NCBI GenBank assembly: GCA_039591655.1
Contig: JBDHDE010000034.1
Span: forward strand, 1-28,278
Reading direction: 5' to 3'
Origin: Gemmatimonadota bacterium
GTDB lineage: Bacteria > Gemmatimonadota > Gemmatimonadetes > Gemmatimonadales > GWC2-71-9
DNA: 28,278 nt
Shown: positions 26,888-28,278 of the stretch, one piece after another
How the letters are laid out: each line of letters opens with the position of its first letter
Position numbering within the stretch: position 1 is the first letter of the stretch
Made by a program: the position numbers and the translations under genes
The notes under the pieces: generated by a model
Told to the model about the DNA's origin: nothing
The model's input: the letters and a program-made list of their open reading frames with translations, nothing else
Database searches by the model: none

Positions 26888-28278
26888 ACGTCCCCCGTCA
26901 ACTGCGTCCACTGCCACACGCCGCTGCCCGACGGCAGCCGGTTCTGTCCCGCGTGCGGCGCCGACACCTCGGATCCGGGGTCGGGGCCGCGTACCACGCC
27001 GATGTCGTCCGGCGACATGTTCGAGCGGCTCGGCGCGAGCGTGTCGGGACGCTACGACGTGATGGAGCTGGTGGGTCGGGGCGGCATGGGGATCGTCTTC
27101 CTAGCCAACGAGCGCTCGCTGGATCGGCCGGTGGCGATCAAGGTGCTCCCGACGGAGCTGGCACACGACGAGAAGTTCGTGCAGCGGTTCGAGCACGAGG
27201 CCCGCACGGCGGCGAAGCTCGACCACCCCAACATCATCCCGATCTACGCGGTGGAGAGCGACGACGATCTCCACTACTTCGTGATGAAGTTCGTCACAGG
27301 CCGGGCCCTGGACGAGATCATCGAGTCCGGCCCCCTGCCCATCGATAACACCCAGCGGATCTTGTGGGAGGCCGCCTGCGCGTTGGGGCACGCTCACACC
27401 CGGGGCATCGTGCACCGTGACATCAAGCCCGCGAACATCATGATCGACGACGCCGGCCGCACGATGCTCACCGACTTCGGGATCTCCAAGGCGCTCCAGT
27501 CGGCGAGCCAGTTCACGGCCACCGGCCAGGTGATCGGCACTCCCCACTACATGAGTCCCGAGCAGGCCAAGGGGCAGGAGGTGGACGGCCGGAGCGACCA
27601 GTACTCCCTGGCGGTGGTGGGCTACCGTATGCTCGCCGGACGCCTCCCGTTCGAGGACGAGTCGGTCCACACCATCATCTACAAGCACATCTTTGAGGAG
27701 CCGCCGGCGCTCTCGGGTCTGCGCCAGGACGCGCCGCAGCACGTCGTGGAGGCCTTGCACCGAGCGCTGGCCAAGGATCCCAACGATCGCTTCGGTACGA
27801 TGGAGGAGTTCGCCACCGCCGTTCTCCCGACGCATCCGGTGACGAGCTCCATGAGCTCCGCTCCCGTGATCACCTCCGGTGCGGCGATCGATGTGGCGAC
27901 AGAGATCACCCCGATGCCGCCCACAGGACCGCAGCCCGTGCCGCGCAAGCGGCGGGGCATGGGGGTCCTGCTCACCATCGTCGCGCTGGCTGGTGGAGCC
28001 GGCGGCGTGTACTGGGTGATGAGCGGCGGTGGGGCGCCCGGGGCCGAGGTGGGGGAGCCGCAGGCACCGGTGGCCGCCGCGGTGGAGGACACGACCGCCG
28101 CCGTGACGCCGCTGGACACGGCGACTGCGGAGGACACCGCCACGCAGGTCGCGCAGACGCCTGCGCCCGTCGTGCAGGAGCCGGAACCGCAAACCCAGCC
28201 CCCGAGGCAAACCGAGACCCAGCGGCGGCCGGCGCAGCGCCCCGCGGCTCCGCAGGTGGGGTGGGTGACGATCGACGC
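26888..28278 (+). CDS. Hanks-type Ser/Thr protein kinase with N-terminal zinc ribbon and TM helix (runs off the window end)
   Basis: The frame reads CVHCHTPLPDGSRFCPACG, VGRGGMGIVF, VAIKVL, HPNII, HRDIKPANI, TDFG, GTPHYMSPEQ and DQYSL, then TM GVLLTIVALAGGAGGVYWV and a Pro/Thr/Gln linker. It is absent from the ORF track because there is no stop. Apparent start ACG 26888; the first ATG is at 27002. Confidence 0.92.

Overview
High-GC bacterial chromosomal window; the gene content suggests Gemmatimonadota, which is an inference. No CRISPR array, integrase or transposase was seen. From left to right it holds: small membrane proteins; a CBM9/DUF5916-type outer-membrane protein; a secreted PPC-like protein; a tRNA-Leu(GAG)/tRNA-Thr(CGT) pair with promoter and terminator; three orphan envelope genes; a membrane-anchored Fe-S protein; a signal peptidase I homolog lacking the catalytic Lys; a TIGR01777 epimerase; and a KamA-family radical SAM enzyme with non-lysine-type substrate residues. 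Next comes an acyl-CoA cluster: ADP-forming acyl-CoA synthetase, the TIGR03546/TIGR03545 pair, a 1595-aa fusion protein, a eukaryote-type citrate synthase, an M14 peptidase remnant, TerC and an AMP-forming acyl-CoA synthetase. The window ends with an Ig/PPC lipoprotein and a zinc-ribbon Ser/Thr kinase that appears to start at ACG. The best candidate for an undescribed system is the 1595-aa protein, which joins a long-chain acyl-CoA ligase, a helical region, a degenerate protein-kinase-like domain and a C-terminal GNAT, and is apparently co-transcribed with TIGR03546/TIGR03545. All family calls come from reading motifs by eye, not from database searches.
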